Counted from the first letter of the whole stretch, positions 26,004 to 38,232 are shown. The stretch is 63,803 bases of DNA, filler included, from Choristocarpus tenellus KU-1152 (GCA_964200185.2; 11 parts of 11 records of this genome joined end to end with filler, not necessarily neighbours in it); one strand, 5' to 3'. Notes: a model not told the origin generated them from the letters alone. Numbers and translations are program-made.

Positions 26004-28361
26004 ATGTTCAACATTCGCTCAACAACGACCCCCCTGCCCGCTGATGGCGCTGCCCGCGGATCGAGAGCATCGGACAGCAATGCCAAGGGCATGTCCTCAC
26101 TCCTCGGACATCACTAGCTCAGCACGTACAAGATGAAACTCGGCAACATCACATGCACGAAGATGGTGCGTCCCCTGAGCGAGCGTGGCCTTGCGCACGT
26201 CAGCAAGTCCATCCGTGAAAAAGGCTGGCTCGAGCAGTTTTCTCCATCCGTTGTCATCCGACGAGACTGCTTAGGCAACGGGGACCGGCTCACCGCCGAC
26301 ACTGCACTTGCCGTTCAAGGACGAACACTGGATGGAAACCATAGAATAACGGTGTTGAAAAGAGAGTTTGATCCAGAACGCGCTTTCATGATGCGGGTCT
26401 ACATGGAGTTCAACCAAGCAGAAGAGAGGCTAATTGCCAACGGTGGGTGATGGAGTGTTGTCGTTGTCCCATGATCGCCTGACTCTTCTGATCAACTAAG
26501 CAACTAAGTAAGTTGAGTGTTGTCATTTGTGAGCCAAAGTATCTTAGAGGGTAGAGCCGCGTCCATTTCGGTGTCAAATTCCAATGTTCCGATTTTGATG
26601 TAATTTTGACTATCATGTTTTTGAGGAAGTGTCAATATCCTTGTTCCGGACACACCTTTTCATAACATGCAAATTTTACCTACTCCGAAACATATCGGAG
26701 TAGGAACATGTCATAATAACACCTGTGGGAAGCCAAGTCCCAAAAGGACAAACAGGGCAAAATTCGTACCCTCTAAGATACTTTCACTCTGTTCCATGAT
26801 CGCCTGATGACTCTTCTGATCTACCAAGTTGTTGCCATGTTTCCTTTGTTTAGTTTATCGTCAGTCAGTCCATTGTTGATCTTTTCTTTGTTGATATTTT
26901 TTGTCCCTCGTGGTATTTCTGTCAGCAGCAACATATTGCTCACTACTGCCTGCCGCGTGTGTCCCGCAACCACTTCCCACCTACCCCTTACCCCGTTCGC
27001 CCACTGCACCACCTCACTTATAGCATTCAACGACGCGACCGAGAGTGTGGTTGAGCGCACGCTGTACGATAAGGTATATTTTCAGCACAAGCTCCAAGAA
27101 GCTATCAAGCGACAGACGAAGAAAAAAGAAGTGTCACTAGCAGAGATCTGCAAAATGTACAAAAAGGTGAGGAAGTTGTCAACGTTGGTGGGATGGTGGC
27201 GCTCTGCTCCTCCTCTTGTTGGGTTACAGCTGTTGTGAAATCTCTCTGTGTCCTCCTATTCAACCTAAGTTCAGATAGTTATCCCACGTTTAGCAACTCT
27301 GTCAACCAAATTCTTGATTTTCGGGTGACCATGTAGTAGGTGTGTGTGCAAAATCACAGAAGAAGTGAACAGTTTTTTCTTTCAGCACTAGGTAGACCAG
27401 GCCGCTGAGTATCTTACCGCCTCCCCCCCCCCCTCCCCCGGGTAAGGTCCACTCCTTGCCCGGACCGTTGCAGTGTTGCCTGAGACAATAAACACACGAT
27501 GCGTCATTTTGTGAACCAAACCCTCTCCTTCGTTGTCAACCACATGCTGTTTCTGTGTTGTATACACACGAACAATAAAAAGCGTTCTTATTTGTTTTAT
27601 CGCTAGGCCAGGCCGCTGAAGAACATCCCCGCCCCACTCATACACACCCCGTTGGCGTGGTAATAACGACGCCTCATCCTGGCTGGCTGGGTGCATCATA
27701 TTTTTCAATTTCTGCCCATCACGAAGGTTGGTGTTACTCCCCCGCCAAAAACAACTCTACAAAACTGGCAGCAAGGCGTAAAGTCCCTTCAACCAGAGTC
27801 CTTCGAGGTACTGAAGGAAGTGTGTGAGACCTCGTCACCACAGGTCGACCGCAACACGGTCACACTGAGCTATCTGAGTCGTGAGGAGTTTGCCGGCTTC
27901 ACTTCTCTCAAGCAGGGGCAATGCATCCGTCTGCTTGCGAGGCAAGTCAAACCGCCAACGTGTTTTATCGTGTAGACAGCAGTAAGCGACATGTGTGCCA
28001 GTCGCAGAACCTTGTACAGGAACGTTCAATAAGTGTCTCCTACGATGAAGACCGTAGTCGGGCATTGTTGTATCAAACGACGAACCGTTTGTAGTACTGA
28101 CCACCGTTCAACGTGCTCCTGGGTCTTACAGTGGTACGTTCTCGTGGATTCGAAGTGCGGGATTCGGACTCGGACTTGAAGCCAATCACCGCTAGAAAGC
28201 GCAAGTGTCCCTCTTTCCGCACGGGTGGAAAGGGGAAAGGTTGCAAGGTGCGAAGGGGCGCCGGTGATTCTGTGCCGGAAGACGAGCCGGAGTATGTCAC
28301 CAACGCGGAGGAGGACGAGGAGGAAGAAGAGGAGGATGAAGGGGATGACGAAGAGGAGTAA
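26004..28361 (+). pseudogene. Intron-containing ParB/Spo0J-like (ParB-Srx N-terminal domain plus probable HTH) gene with an acidic tail; this copy is probably disabled
   Basis: Exon 26004-26442 (gccATG; in-frame TAG at 26115): VRPLSERGLAHVSKSIREKGWLEQFSPSVVI...LDGNHRITVLK...MRVY..AEERLIAN. Phase-1 splice to exon 27024-27166: AFNDATESVVERTLYDK...VSLAEICKMYKK. Exon 27727-27941: VGVTPPPKTTLQNWQQG... The acidic/basic tail at ~28130-28361 cannot be joined in frame. Confidence 0.72.
26531..26789. mobile_element. MITE, family A (~260 bp), TSD TGT, inside intron 1 of the ParB-like gene
   Basis: gagccaaagtatcttagaggg...ccctctaagatactttcactc flanked by tgt/tgt. Confidence 0.88.
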
Positions 28362-29498
28362 GAAGAGGATTGGGACGGGNNNNNNNNNNNNNNNNNNNNN
28401 NNNNNNNNNNNNNNNNNNNNNNNTTAATTAATTAANNNNNNNNNNNNNNNNNNNNNNNNNNNNNNNNNNNNNNNNNNNNTCAAAAGCGCGACATTGGATT
28501 TTGGCCCCCAAATGGACGCGGCTCTACCCTCTCAGATACTTTGGCCCTGTCAATAACCCCAGATCAGCTGGATGTAGAGAACCCCCCTCTTACGCACTCC
28601 CTAGATTCCCAAGATACACTAATACTCCAACTAGTTAACATGCGCAACCAGAGAAGGAACATGTACGTGGTTTTGATGTAGACCCAGAAGCAGGCACCTC
28701 AGATGCCGATCCAGAGGCAGGTATCGCAGCAATATATCTTACCCAGGACAAGGATCCTCTGGCCCCATCACCGCAGAGTCCAGGTGTAGTACCCCTTCTA
28801 GCAGAGATAGCGTGGGAGGACAATGGGAATTGAGTTTGTCAGAAGTAGAACATGTAGAAGGGTTTGTCAGGAAAGTCTGCAAAGGATTCGTTAAGGGGAC
28901 ACAATCACAATCCAGACAGTTGGTGGTGATTGAACCCTTATCAGAGTATAACCTGGAATTAGGAAATGCTGTCGGAGTTACCAGAGGTGCACAATGGTGG
29001 GACCCAGGAACCCCCAACTATTGCAAGCTGGTAAATACGTGCAGTAAGCCCAGTAGTGTCGAGGCAAGGCTGCCTGTTGCAAAGGCGATTGCTCTAAACA
29101 CCCAGGATACAGAGAGGGCGGTTGCACTCTTTCAGTCACTAACGAAATCCCCCAAAGACCCTCAAAGAGCACAGGTCCTGCTTGCCACAACTAGTTCTCA
29201 GACAAGGCATTCCCCAGAAGCAGACGAGACTGGTGACAGCCCGGTAGCAGAGAAAGAAGACACCCCTTCAGATGAAGACAAGGGGGTCTGGCATCAATCG
29301 GTGAGCCTTAACGATACCAATGTGAGACAGCTGACACCGGGGCAGAAGGAACACTTGGTTTAATTGTTAGAAGAATTTAGACATTAAGGAGTATTCCCTG
29401 AAGTTCCCAAAAGACTTCCCCTATGCTCTAGAGGAGTACTACACATACACTATTAGGCGAGAACTTTACACCCTACGCAGCAAAACAAAGGCGCTTCT

Positions 29499-29751
29499 TG
29501 TGCAAATTACCTTGGGAGGTAATGCTATTTGTTAGTAGTGAAGATAAGAAGGTGTGAAGCCTCACACGACCCCCTTTGCTGAACGTGATTACATGGTTGA
29601 AATTTGAAAGAGAAGAGAAGAGCGACCTTGGTGTGGTGTCTTCTCGTTGCTTGTTTATCATTTATTTGTGCTTCATTCATAAGTATCAGATACCCTGTCA
29701 CACTCCGCCTTGATGCAGTGTCATTGCCCCAGTCTGTTGTTATTTTGGACA
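29499..29751 (-). mobile_element. 253-bp TG...CA solo-LTR-like insertion with 5-bp TSD (CTTCT), carrying a Ty1/Copia RNase H fragment
   Basis: Ends tgtgcaaa / tttggaca. TSD cttct at 29494-29498 and 29752-29756. Removing it restores Gypsy AAKQRRFSPEETQMIQ. The minus strand encodes TDWGNDTASRRSVTGYLILMNEAQI. Confidence 0.8.
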
Positions 29752-31869
29752 CTTCTCCCCCGAAGAAACGCAGATGATTCAGGTCGAGGTTAAGCAGTTG
29801 CAGGAACGTGGTATCATTAGACCCTCCACCTCAGCAAGGGCAGCAGCAGTTGCAGCAGTATGTAAGAAAGATGGGACCCTGAGGTTGTGCACAGACTATA
29901 GGATGCTTAATAATCTCTTCTTGCCTAGAGATAGTGGAGGTCTTGGGAACATCGCTAGCATCTTTGATAAGCTAAGGGTTCTAGCTATTTTACTACCATA
30001 GACCTAGCGTCGGGATTCTTTCAACTAGAAATCGCAGAGGTAGACAGACATAAGATAGCCTTCCGTGACGCTCGTGGGCAACTTTGGGAATATAACAGGT
30101 ATGACTTTGGGTTGAAAATCTTACCCGCAGTATTCTCTAGTTACATTAGAGAGGCGTTGGGAGATCTCAAAGGAAACGGTGTAGAAAACTGGCTAGACGA
30201 TCGCCTTTGCTGTAGTTCATCATTTGATGAGCACATAACCAAACTTCGCCTCCTCCAGAACAGACTCAAACAATACGGCCTGTCTGTGAACTTCCCCAAA
30301 TCCTTGTGGTGCATGCATGCCCTCACAGAAATTTGTAGGAATGAAGGTAGGTAGAGATGGCTTGAACCCTGTTCCATCAAAAATGATAGCAGTAGCAAAG
30401 CTTGATCCCCCATCTACAGTTGAGCAGTTAAGATTTTTTCTAGGCATGACAGGATACATGCGACAGGTTGTTCCGAAATATGACCAAGTAGCTGCACCAT
30501 TGACTGACATCCTCCGGAATAAAGGGTATGCTTCCAAAGGAGACAGGAGGAACAGTATCCCAGAGGAGCAGAAGGCCTTTGAAGAACTTATGCATCTGGT
30601 CTCTCCACCAATCCTAGTCTTTCCTGGCTGAGATAAGCCGTTCCTCTTTCATACAGATGCGAGTGAGGAAGGGGCTGGAGCAACGCTGACTCAGGTACAG
30701 GATGATGACCAAGAACATGTCATAGCATATGCTAGCCATAGATGGTCTAAAACAGACAGTAGGAGAGCACCGACTGAAAGGGAATGTATGGCTATCTTGT
30801 TGACTGTAGAACACTTCTGCTCCTACATTTGGGGTAGGAAATTCACCCTAGTCACTGATTGCTCAGCACCGACTTGGCTCCTCAAGAGTCGTGATCTTAG
30901 CCCCAAGCTCCACAGGTAGGCCCTCCGCCTTATGGACCACGACATGGAACTGAGGTGGCGAGCGGTTCGAAGCATCAACTACCGGATGGACTGTCACAAA
31001 CTCTCCTCACCAACAGCATCAGGTTTGGATATCGACGATTCGTTTCCTGATGATTCCTCAGTATCTTGTAGCAAGAGCTACGCTGGACCGCGAGGACCTG
31101 TCTTAGATGTGGTGTATGTCTACAGGATTTAGGTACGTCAGACCTAAGCCCAGGTCACCCTACATTATCTCCTCTCTCTCTCTATCTCTCTCTGTGCGTT
31201 GGCAGATTCAGAACTAGAGTGTGCTACTCCCTCACATGATGAACCGAATCTAGGTATAGCACAAATGTTATTTCAGGAAACAGTTGATTCCACACTCTCA
31301 GGAATACTGCCAGCTCTGCAAGATTGCCACACGGAACCTGATAGTCGAGACTCAGGCGTTGGAGGTTCGCTACCACTCAGTAATCCCCAGGGTCGAAGTT
31401 TGCCAGTTTCTATACCCCCCCCCTCCGGGTGGATGGCTCCAGATAACATGCCTAGAGTAGACCTAACACACACCCTACAGCAACTCCTCCCCCCGCTCAA
31501 CGCCACTAACACTTTTGGTTGGCAAACGTTAGACGCCTCCCTCGAAGACAGGGTATAAATAAAAGGAAAAGCAGGAGAAGAGAAATCACCATGTAAAAGA
31601 AGGTGCAAAAGTACGCCAAGGCCAAAGAACAAAAAGGGTAGAGACCGGATAGTCCGAATACGTGAGATGGTTCAACACCACCCCACTCTCAAGAGAGCAA
31701 TGGCTACTTTCTCAGACGTGCCAGAGCTAGTGGAGAGGCAGAAGAAAGATCCCTTCTTGGGCGGCATACGGGGTGCACGCGAAGGCCAAGAATGCTGGAA
31801 GTCGCCACTCGAGTGGGAAAAAGAGAGTATAGATGTGGAGTCATATTCCCTGGATGATAAGGAGTTACT

Positions 31870-32051
31870 GACCCAAAGTATCTGGGGGGGTGGGGGGGGT
31901 CTACACGAGGGTGTCCTTTTTGGACCAAAATCGGGAAAAGTGCATTTGCATTATCCATCCGACGTATGGCAGCCAAACCACCCAAAAATCGTGATATGAA
32001 AAAATTGACCCCAAATGGACAGGCGCCACCCCCTCCCAGATACTTTGAGCC
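31870..32051. mobile_element. MITE family B inserted in the Gypsy pol, TSD TACT
   Basis: tact|gacccaaagtatc...gatactttgagcc|tact. Removal gives DKELLWYT. Confidence 0.88.
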
Positions 32052-33626
32052 TACTCTGGTACACACCCTGGGGAGTATGCACCTAGGCTAGCAGTTCCTC
32101 GTTCGCTAGTGTCAGTCAACATAGCACTAGTACACCTACAGATTTGCCAGCAGGGAGTTGAACGTACAGTAGCGCTAACCCGTCAATACTTTCGTTTGGT
32201 CCTCATTCCACAAAGACACACAGGATTATGTTTTATCGTGTGGCTGTCGCAGATGAAAGAGGACTAGGAGCGCACAAGTGACAATGCTGCCAGCCAAGTT
32301 CCTGGAAGCATGGGATGTACTCAAGACGGATCTACAAGATGTGGGACACATCTCAGCAAAAGGCAACAAGTATCTATTAATTGTGATTGATAGGGCTTCG
32401 AGATTCCCTTTTGCATTCCCAATGGCGTCAAGGGAAGCAACTGGAGTAGCAACAAACGTGTTGGAATTATGACTTACATTTGGGATCCCGCTGTCAATTC
32501 GTCGTGATGCAGGAGGAGGGGAGTTCACAGGAGACATAATGAATCACCGTTATCGTTGGCTGAAGGTCTCTAACAATTATGGACCAACTGGCAATTCGAG
32601 AGGACAAGGGGGAGTGGAAAAGATGGGGGGCCTGCTTTAGAAATCCTGTCGGAACTATGTGTGAAATGACCAGATAGATGGGATGAGTATGTATCTCCGG
32701 CATGTTGGGCACAACGCACTACTCCAGACCCATCTGACCCCCCCCACCCCCCCCCCCTCCGAGTCTTGTTTTGTCGTGATCNNNNNNNNNNCCCCCAACC
32801 CCACCCACTTCCGAGTCTTGTTTAGTCGTGATCCCCGCACACAGATAGACACCGTCACACCCAAGGTAGATGGAGACATAGAGGTTGGAGGATTAGATTC
32901 CTTTATTGAGCAACGGAGACAGAACTTCAAGGAGGTACGATAAGTCCTGGAGAGACGGATGTCCACAAGACAAATACAGAGAAAGACCCAATGCTTTGAT
33001 TGCTAAGTCTTCCACCAGCTCGGATCTAAACCAGGTGACCTACATCTAGTGAAAGAAGTGGACAGCTCTATCCATGGGGAAAACCTAGGTGAGACAAAGA
33101 GTAGGCAGGAAGCTAGTCCATGAAAGATGGACCGGACCGTGGACTGTGAAGGAAATTTCACATCAGAGTAGTAGCATGACAGTTGAACTGCTAGGTAGGC
33201 AAACACGCACTCGTAATGTTCATACTTCGTATGTGAAACCCTTCCACGTAAGGCCCATCCATCTGAGACATAGATTCCAAGAGGAATATGCTCAACTAGT
33301 GTGGGAGTCGGACCTGGGTCTATCAGAGCATTCCGTGGTAGCAACCCCCGTGTACACTCCCTCTGATAGGAAAGCAGTATTGTCGCCATCCAACGTATGG
33401 CACTGCGAGTACCAGGGGAAGTATCAGAATAGAGATTTGTCAGACTGGGTACCCGGTAACCGAGAAAGAGGCTATGGATAGCTTCACCTCACTACAATTA
33501 GATGTCTTCCATGCCCTCTGGGATCTCTATAATCCAGACACAAGCCCACGTCCTACTGACACCTCTCGCCAAGGAAATCCCTTGTCTAGGGAGGATGCAA
33601 TATGCCTTTTCCCACTGGTACCCCTT

Positions 33627-33817
33627 GAGTGAAACTATCTTAGAGGGTACGATTTTTTCCCTGTTTGTCCATTTGTGGTGCTTGGCTTCCCATGGGTTTT
33701 TTGTGACATTTTCCGACTCCAAAATGTTTTGGAGTAGGCACAATGTATACATTTGTGGTGCTTGGCTTCCCATGGGTTTTTTAATGACATTTTACGACTC
33801 CAAAACGTTTCGGAGTA
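33627..33817. mobile_element. MITE family A, truncated by gap
   Basis: gagtgaaactatcttagagggtacg... with family A interior. Confidence 0.8.
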
Positions 33818-33918
33818 NNNNNNNNNNNNNNNNNNNNNNNNNNNNNNNNNNNNNNNNNNNNTTAATTAATTAANNNNNNNNNNNNNNNNNNNNNNNNNNN
33901 NNNNNNNNNNNNNNNNNA

Positions 33919-34095
33919 GACTCAAAGTATGTGGGGGGGGGGGGGTCTATACCAGGGTGTCCATTTGGACCAAAATCAGGAAAAGTGCATGTACATTATC
34001 GATCCGATGAATGCAACCCAATCACACAAAAATCGCGACAAAAAAAAAGTGACCCCAAATGGACAGCCGTCACCCCCTCCCAGACACTTCGAGCC
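33919..34095. mobile_element. MITE family B
   Basis: gactcaaagtatgtggggg...cagacacttcgagcc. Confidence 0.8.
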
Positions 34096-34131
34096 TCAGT
34101 GGCCTTGGACTTACTGTGCAAAGCTACTTCA

Positions 34132-34624
34132 GAGTGAAAGTATCTTAGAGGGTAAGATTTTCGACTTGTTTGTCCATTTGGGGCTTGGCTTCTCACAGGT
34201 TTTTAATGACATTTCACCTACTCTAAAATGTTTTGGAGTAGGTAAAATGTTTACGTTATGAAAAGGAGTGTCCAGAACAAGTATATTGACACCTCATAAC
34301 AAACATGATAGCCAAAATAACATCAAAATTGCAACATTGGATTTGAGTCAAAGTATCTTAGAGGGTAGGGCCGCGTCCACTGACGTAATTTTGGCTATCG
34401 TGTTTTGTTAGGAAATGTCGATATCCTTGTTCTGGACACACATTTGCATAACATATACATTTTTCCTACTCCGGAACACTTTGGAGTAGGAAAATGTCAT
34501 AATAAATCCCATAGGAAGCCAAGCCCCAAATGGACAAAAAAGGCAAAACTCGTACCCTCCAAGATACTTTAACTCTTTTGGCCCCCAAATGGACACGGCT
34601 CTACCCTCTAAGATACTTTCACTC
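34132..34624. mobile_element. MITE family A (TSD TCA) with a second family A copy nested in opposite orientation at 34345-34575 (TSD TTT)
   Basis: Outer: tca|gagtgaaagtatc...gatactttcactc|tca. The inner copy splits the consensus ggattttggccc. Confidence 0.85.
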
Positions 34625-35045
34625 TCACCCATATCCTGTCTAAGAAGTTCATATGCCAGTTGTAAATTATGTCTTGTTTATTGTGCTCTTGGGGTGTGAT
34701 AGATATACCTTTTGATTATCCCAAAATGAGGTCGGATGTTTGGGGAGTTTTCTCACAAAACGCTCCGCAAGCTTGCCATGATGGGATATGTACCTCCAAT
34801 CCACAAGCCTGTAGGGTGAAAAGGAGCCTCGTGGAGGGCTCCATAACACGGAAATGTCGTCAAATGTGGTAGATCTATCATTTGATCATTCACTTTATTG
34901 CCATGATTGTGTTGTAGCATAATGATTGAGCAAACATGCACGATCTATGTACGGCATCATGATGACCAAATAATAAATAATCAAGAAGTACAATATATAA
35001 CTTCTAGGACCTCAAGGTCATAGTGGCGTTTATGAAACCACCTTT

Positions 35046-35304
35046 GAGCAAAAGTATCTCAGAGGGTAGAGCCGCGTCCATTTGGTGCCCAAAATCCAAT
35101 GTTGTGATTTCGATGTAATTTTGCCTATCATGTTTGTTAGGAGATGTCAATATCCTTGTTCCAGACACACCTTTTCAATAACGTATACACTTTACCTACT
35201 CCGAAATATTATGGAGTAAGAAAATGTCATAAAAACCCCGAGGGAAGCCTAGTCCCAAATGGACAAACGGGGCAAATTTCGTACCCTCTAAGATTCTTTC
35301 CCTC
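35046..35304. mobile_element. MITE family A
   Basis: gagcaaaagtatctcagaggg...ccctctaagattctttccctc. Confidence 0.85.
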
Positions 35305-36382
35305 ATTAGCACCCATCGCCTGTGACATGTTTAATAATGTAAAACAGAAGTAAGGTGGACAGGAGAAGAACTGGTGGATATGTCTCTAAACACAACCTCG
35401 ACAAGTTTGGGACTGGAGTTGAGGGTTGGAGCAAAAGGTTCACTAACCAACAGGAGTGGTAAGAATGTATGGCTAACGAGACAACAATATTCATGGCCGA
35501 ATGGCATTCCAAGGAAGCTGTGATAGCTAATGTACGTCATACCAAAACAGTAGTTAAGGTCGCCCAAGCCACCAGTACAACCGCTATCACTGTCTGCTGA
35601 ACGTTGTTTTAGTTGCGGTCTTGTTCTCTTGAATATGATAAATATTAACAATAGCAATCGTGTGATTCTGTGGCAGCGTGGTTCACACAGGTAAGGGTGG
35701 CGAAGAGAATTACCGGGCAAGACGGACCAGATGGACCAAGACGAACCGTAACCGAGAGGACGAGGTTAAGGTTGGACAAGTGCAAGACTGCAACAAGGAC
35801 TTGCAGGAAAATTGATAAGCGATGAGAATCTTACGAGATGCCATTATCACTAAAATCAAGGCGTGACAACAAAGAGAATCTTTGATGCGTGACATCTCTG
35901 GTTGAAGAGATGTCCACTAGTTGTGGGTTTGATCTCTTGAAAGGTATCACACCTCAACTATTCATAAGACCTTCCACTGGAATCGGGTATTCCTGACAAA
36001 GAATCTCAATCGGTATATCGGTATATCGATATAACGGTATATGGCATACAACCATAACGGTATAAAAACAGAAAACATGTTTTCCACAATAAGAAAATTA
36101 TTTTATTTTTATGCCCTCTGACACTTTACAGATATGTCAAGGGAAAATCAACAAAAAATATTAACGTCTCAGAGTAAACCCTTAAAAAGTATTATTTGTC
36201 ATAAATGTGAAAAACATTAATCTATTCGCTATTTTACTATCAGTTATGCTACACTGTTCCCTTCCTGTACCTCTATCCTAGATTAGTCCTGTATTCCAGG
36301 GTGAGGGGCTATGGAAATAGTATAACTTCACTGTTTTTTCCAGACACATCTCCAAAATGTCAGAGGACAAAATAATAATAAA

Positions 36383-37960
36383 GTGGTACCAGTAGCTTCG
36401 CGCCCTGTGGCAATCTTGAATTTTTTCATTGAAACATCACAACAGATATACAACAATATACATATTAAATGAAAGGGTATGTATGACAAGACCTTTTGAA
36501 GGTTGTAGTGGCTTTTGTATATTCTCCGGGGAACGGGAGCTATGTCCCGATCAAATAATGGCAATAGCGCAGGGGAACATCTCCGACACAATTTTGAACG
36601 TCACGACTTCAAAACGGACAAAAATGAAGTGGTTGGCTGAACTCCTTGCAGAAGCCTGGTCCGGGGTAGGTCCCTGCCCAAGTTTGACTGGTGAGATATT
36701 CCCGAAAAAAATATCAAGATTTCCGGACGTCTTTTTAACGCCTTTTCCAGACTTCCTGTGAGGACACACACACGTGACTTACACAGCAGCATGAACCATA
36801 ACGGTGAGACAAGGAGAGTCACCGAGGCCACTCTACCCCCTGGATCATCTACCCTCGGCCCCTTCTCTGTCGAGAGGCCTAGGAAAAGCAAATACCGTGT
36901 GAGACTCAGTGCGATGTTAGGTGACGAGAAAGTGAGAGTAGTGTGGCGCAGCAGCATGATCAAATCGTGAAATGGACCACGCGGTCGCAACACTGACACT
37001 GAGAGAAGATACATTGAAAGCAATACCACACAAACGTGGTTGGGTCTTCAACCATGTTGGAGCACTGCTCTGCAGTCTCTGCCCCCTTGGGAAATAAGGA
37101 AGAGAGTGGCGAGTCCATTGTGAGGAGGTACAGAGACGAAGTCTGTGGGGAAGCCTGGTCGTGGCGGGCGAAGGGAGAACCAGAGTGACCGTTTGAAGGG
37201 AAGGTTGGGGAGGAGAGCAGTGCAACTGCGTGCCATTGCACTCAGGAAACGCCTAAGCAAAAACCCGGGTGTAGAATATCTTAGTAGTTGACAGTTGCAG
37301 CAGGCCCTAGTTGAAGTTATGTGAGCCAGAGTGGCTTAGGAAATGAGAAAGAAGTTGCTAGGGTTGGACTGCAAGGGCTCTGAAGCCCAAAAGAAGGTAA
37401 CCCATTTCCGGCGCTCAACGAGGAAATATGATAGTAAAGGCTCTAGCACTATGAATCCTGAACCTGTGTATGAACGACGGGAAAGACTGTCAAACGGCGC
37501 TCGAGATGGCAGCAGGATATGCGATAGTCAAGTCGGAAACTGGGAGTAAATGGGAGAGGGACTTCCTAACTAAGGGTCATATCAAGGTGTCGGAGCAAGG
37601 GCGCGACGAGAGGCGTTTCGTTCTGGGCGTTGACGAGGACATCCTTGGTGAGGTCAAAGAGTGGGTGCGCAAACACACAGGAAGAAAGGGTGGGGAGGCT
37701 TTTTCCCGCCTAAAACCTATGCTTTAATCAAATAGTAGTGTATCTGTTCCCACTCTTGGCGACCTACAATCCAGGGTTTGATCCCCAATATGACCGCTCA
37801 TTCTTCAAGAATTGAAAAAAAATGGCGAAAAAGAATAACGAAGCCCGTACCCTGGAGGGCATTGTGACGGACATCACGAATATGCTTTATTTTTTAAATC
37901 CAATGTCTACATCAAAGGTTATGACGGGACAACCCCAGAGGGCGAACCTGCTGATACCAC
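36383..37960 (+). mobile_element. ~1.6-kb TIR DNA element with a decayed transposase-like N-terminus
   Basis: Left end gtggtaccagtagcttcgcgccctgtgg vs reverse complement of right end gtggtatcagcaggttcgccctctggg. The interior ORF remnant SKWERDFLTKGHIKVSEQGRDERRFVLGVDEDILGEVKEWVRKH resembles HTH-linker regions of IS630-Tc1-mariner-like transposases (by eye). Confidence 0.5.
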
Positions 37961-38232
37961 CACGTAAATTATACCATTCTTAATACTAGCAACAGTAGTA
38001 ATAATATTAATAATGATCGTATTATTTTTGGTAATATTTTATAGCAATATCAGTAATTATAAAAATATATACGACCATCTAATTTATTTTCCCATTCAGC
38101 CCCCATCTGGTGGCTATGTCTAGTTTGTATTAGTACTTCGCCTGATAAAACTAGACCGTCTGAAGGAATAATCAAAGTGAGTGATCCACCTGTAATAAAA
38201 GCACAAATGTTGTTTAAGCATGAACATCATCT

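Larger units (their letters stand above)
28550..33620 (+). mobile_element. Degenerate Ty3/Gypsy LTR-retrotransposon pol (RT, RNase H, integrase, GPY/F and chromodomain-like C-terminus)
   Basis: RT: GIIRPSTS..KKDGTLRLCTDYRMLN, DLASGFFQL, FGLKILPAVF, WLDD, FLGMTGY. RNase H: TDASEEGAGATLTQ..IAYASHRWS..ERECMAI..VTDCSA. Integrase: LAVPRSLV..LVH, KYLLIVIDRASRFPFAFP, RDAGGGEF, GGVE. C-terminus: ERWTGPWTV and WHCEYQGKYQ..DW. Many stops and frameshifts; LTRs not seen (contig edges). Confidence 0.93.

Noticed and set aside
26133-26450. Sulfiredoxin
   Set aside because: It lacks the catalytic FxGCHR cysteine (has DGNHR) and continues into an HTH-like region.
31000-31670. DNA methyltransferase or other cargo between Gypsy RNase H and integrase
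   Set aside because: No FxGxG, PC or ENV-type motifs seen; the sequence is low-complexity.
35321-35894. Solo LTR (TG...CA; partly repeated inverted at 47286-47352)
   Set aside because: The repeat similarity is real, but there is no matching TSD, so the boundaries are unsupported.
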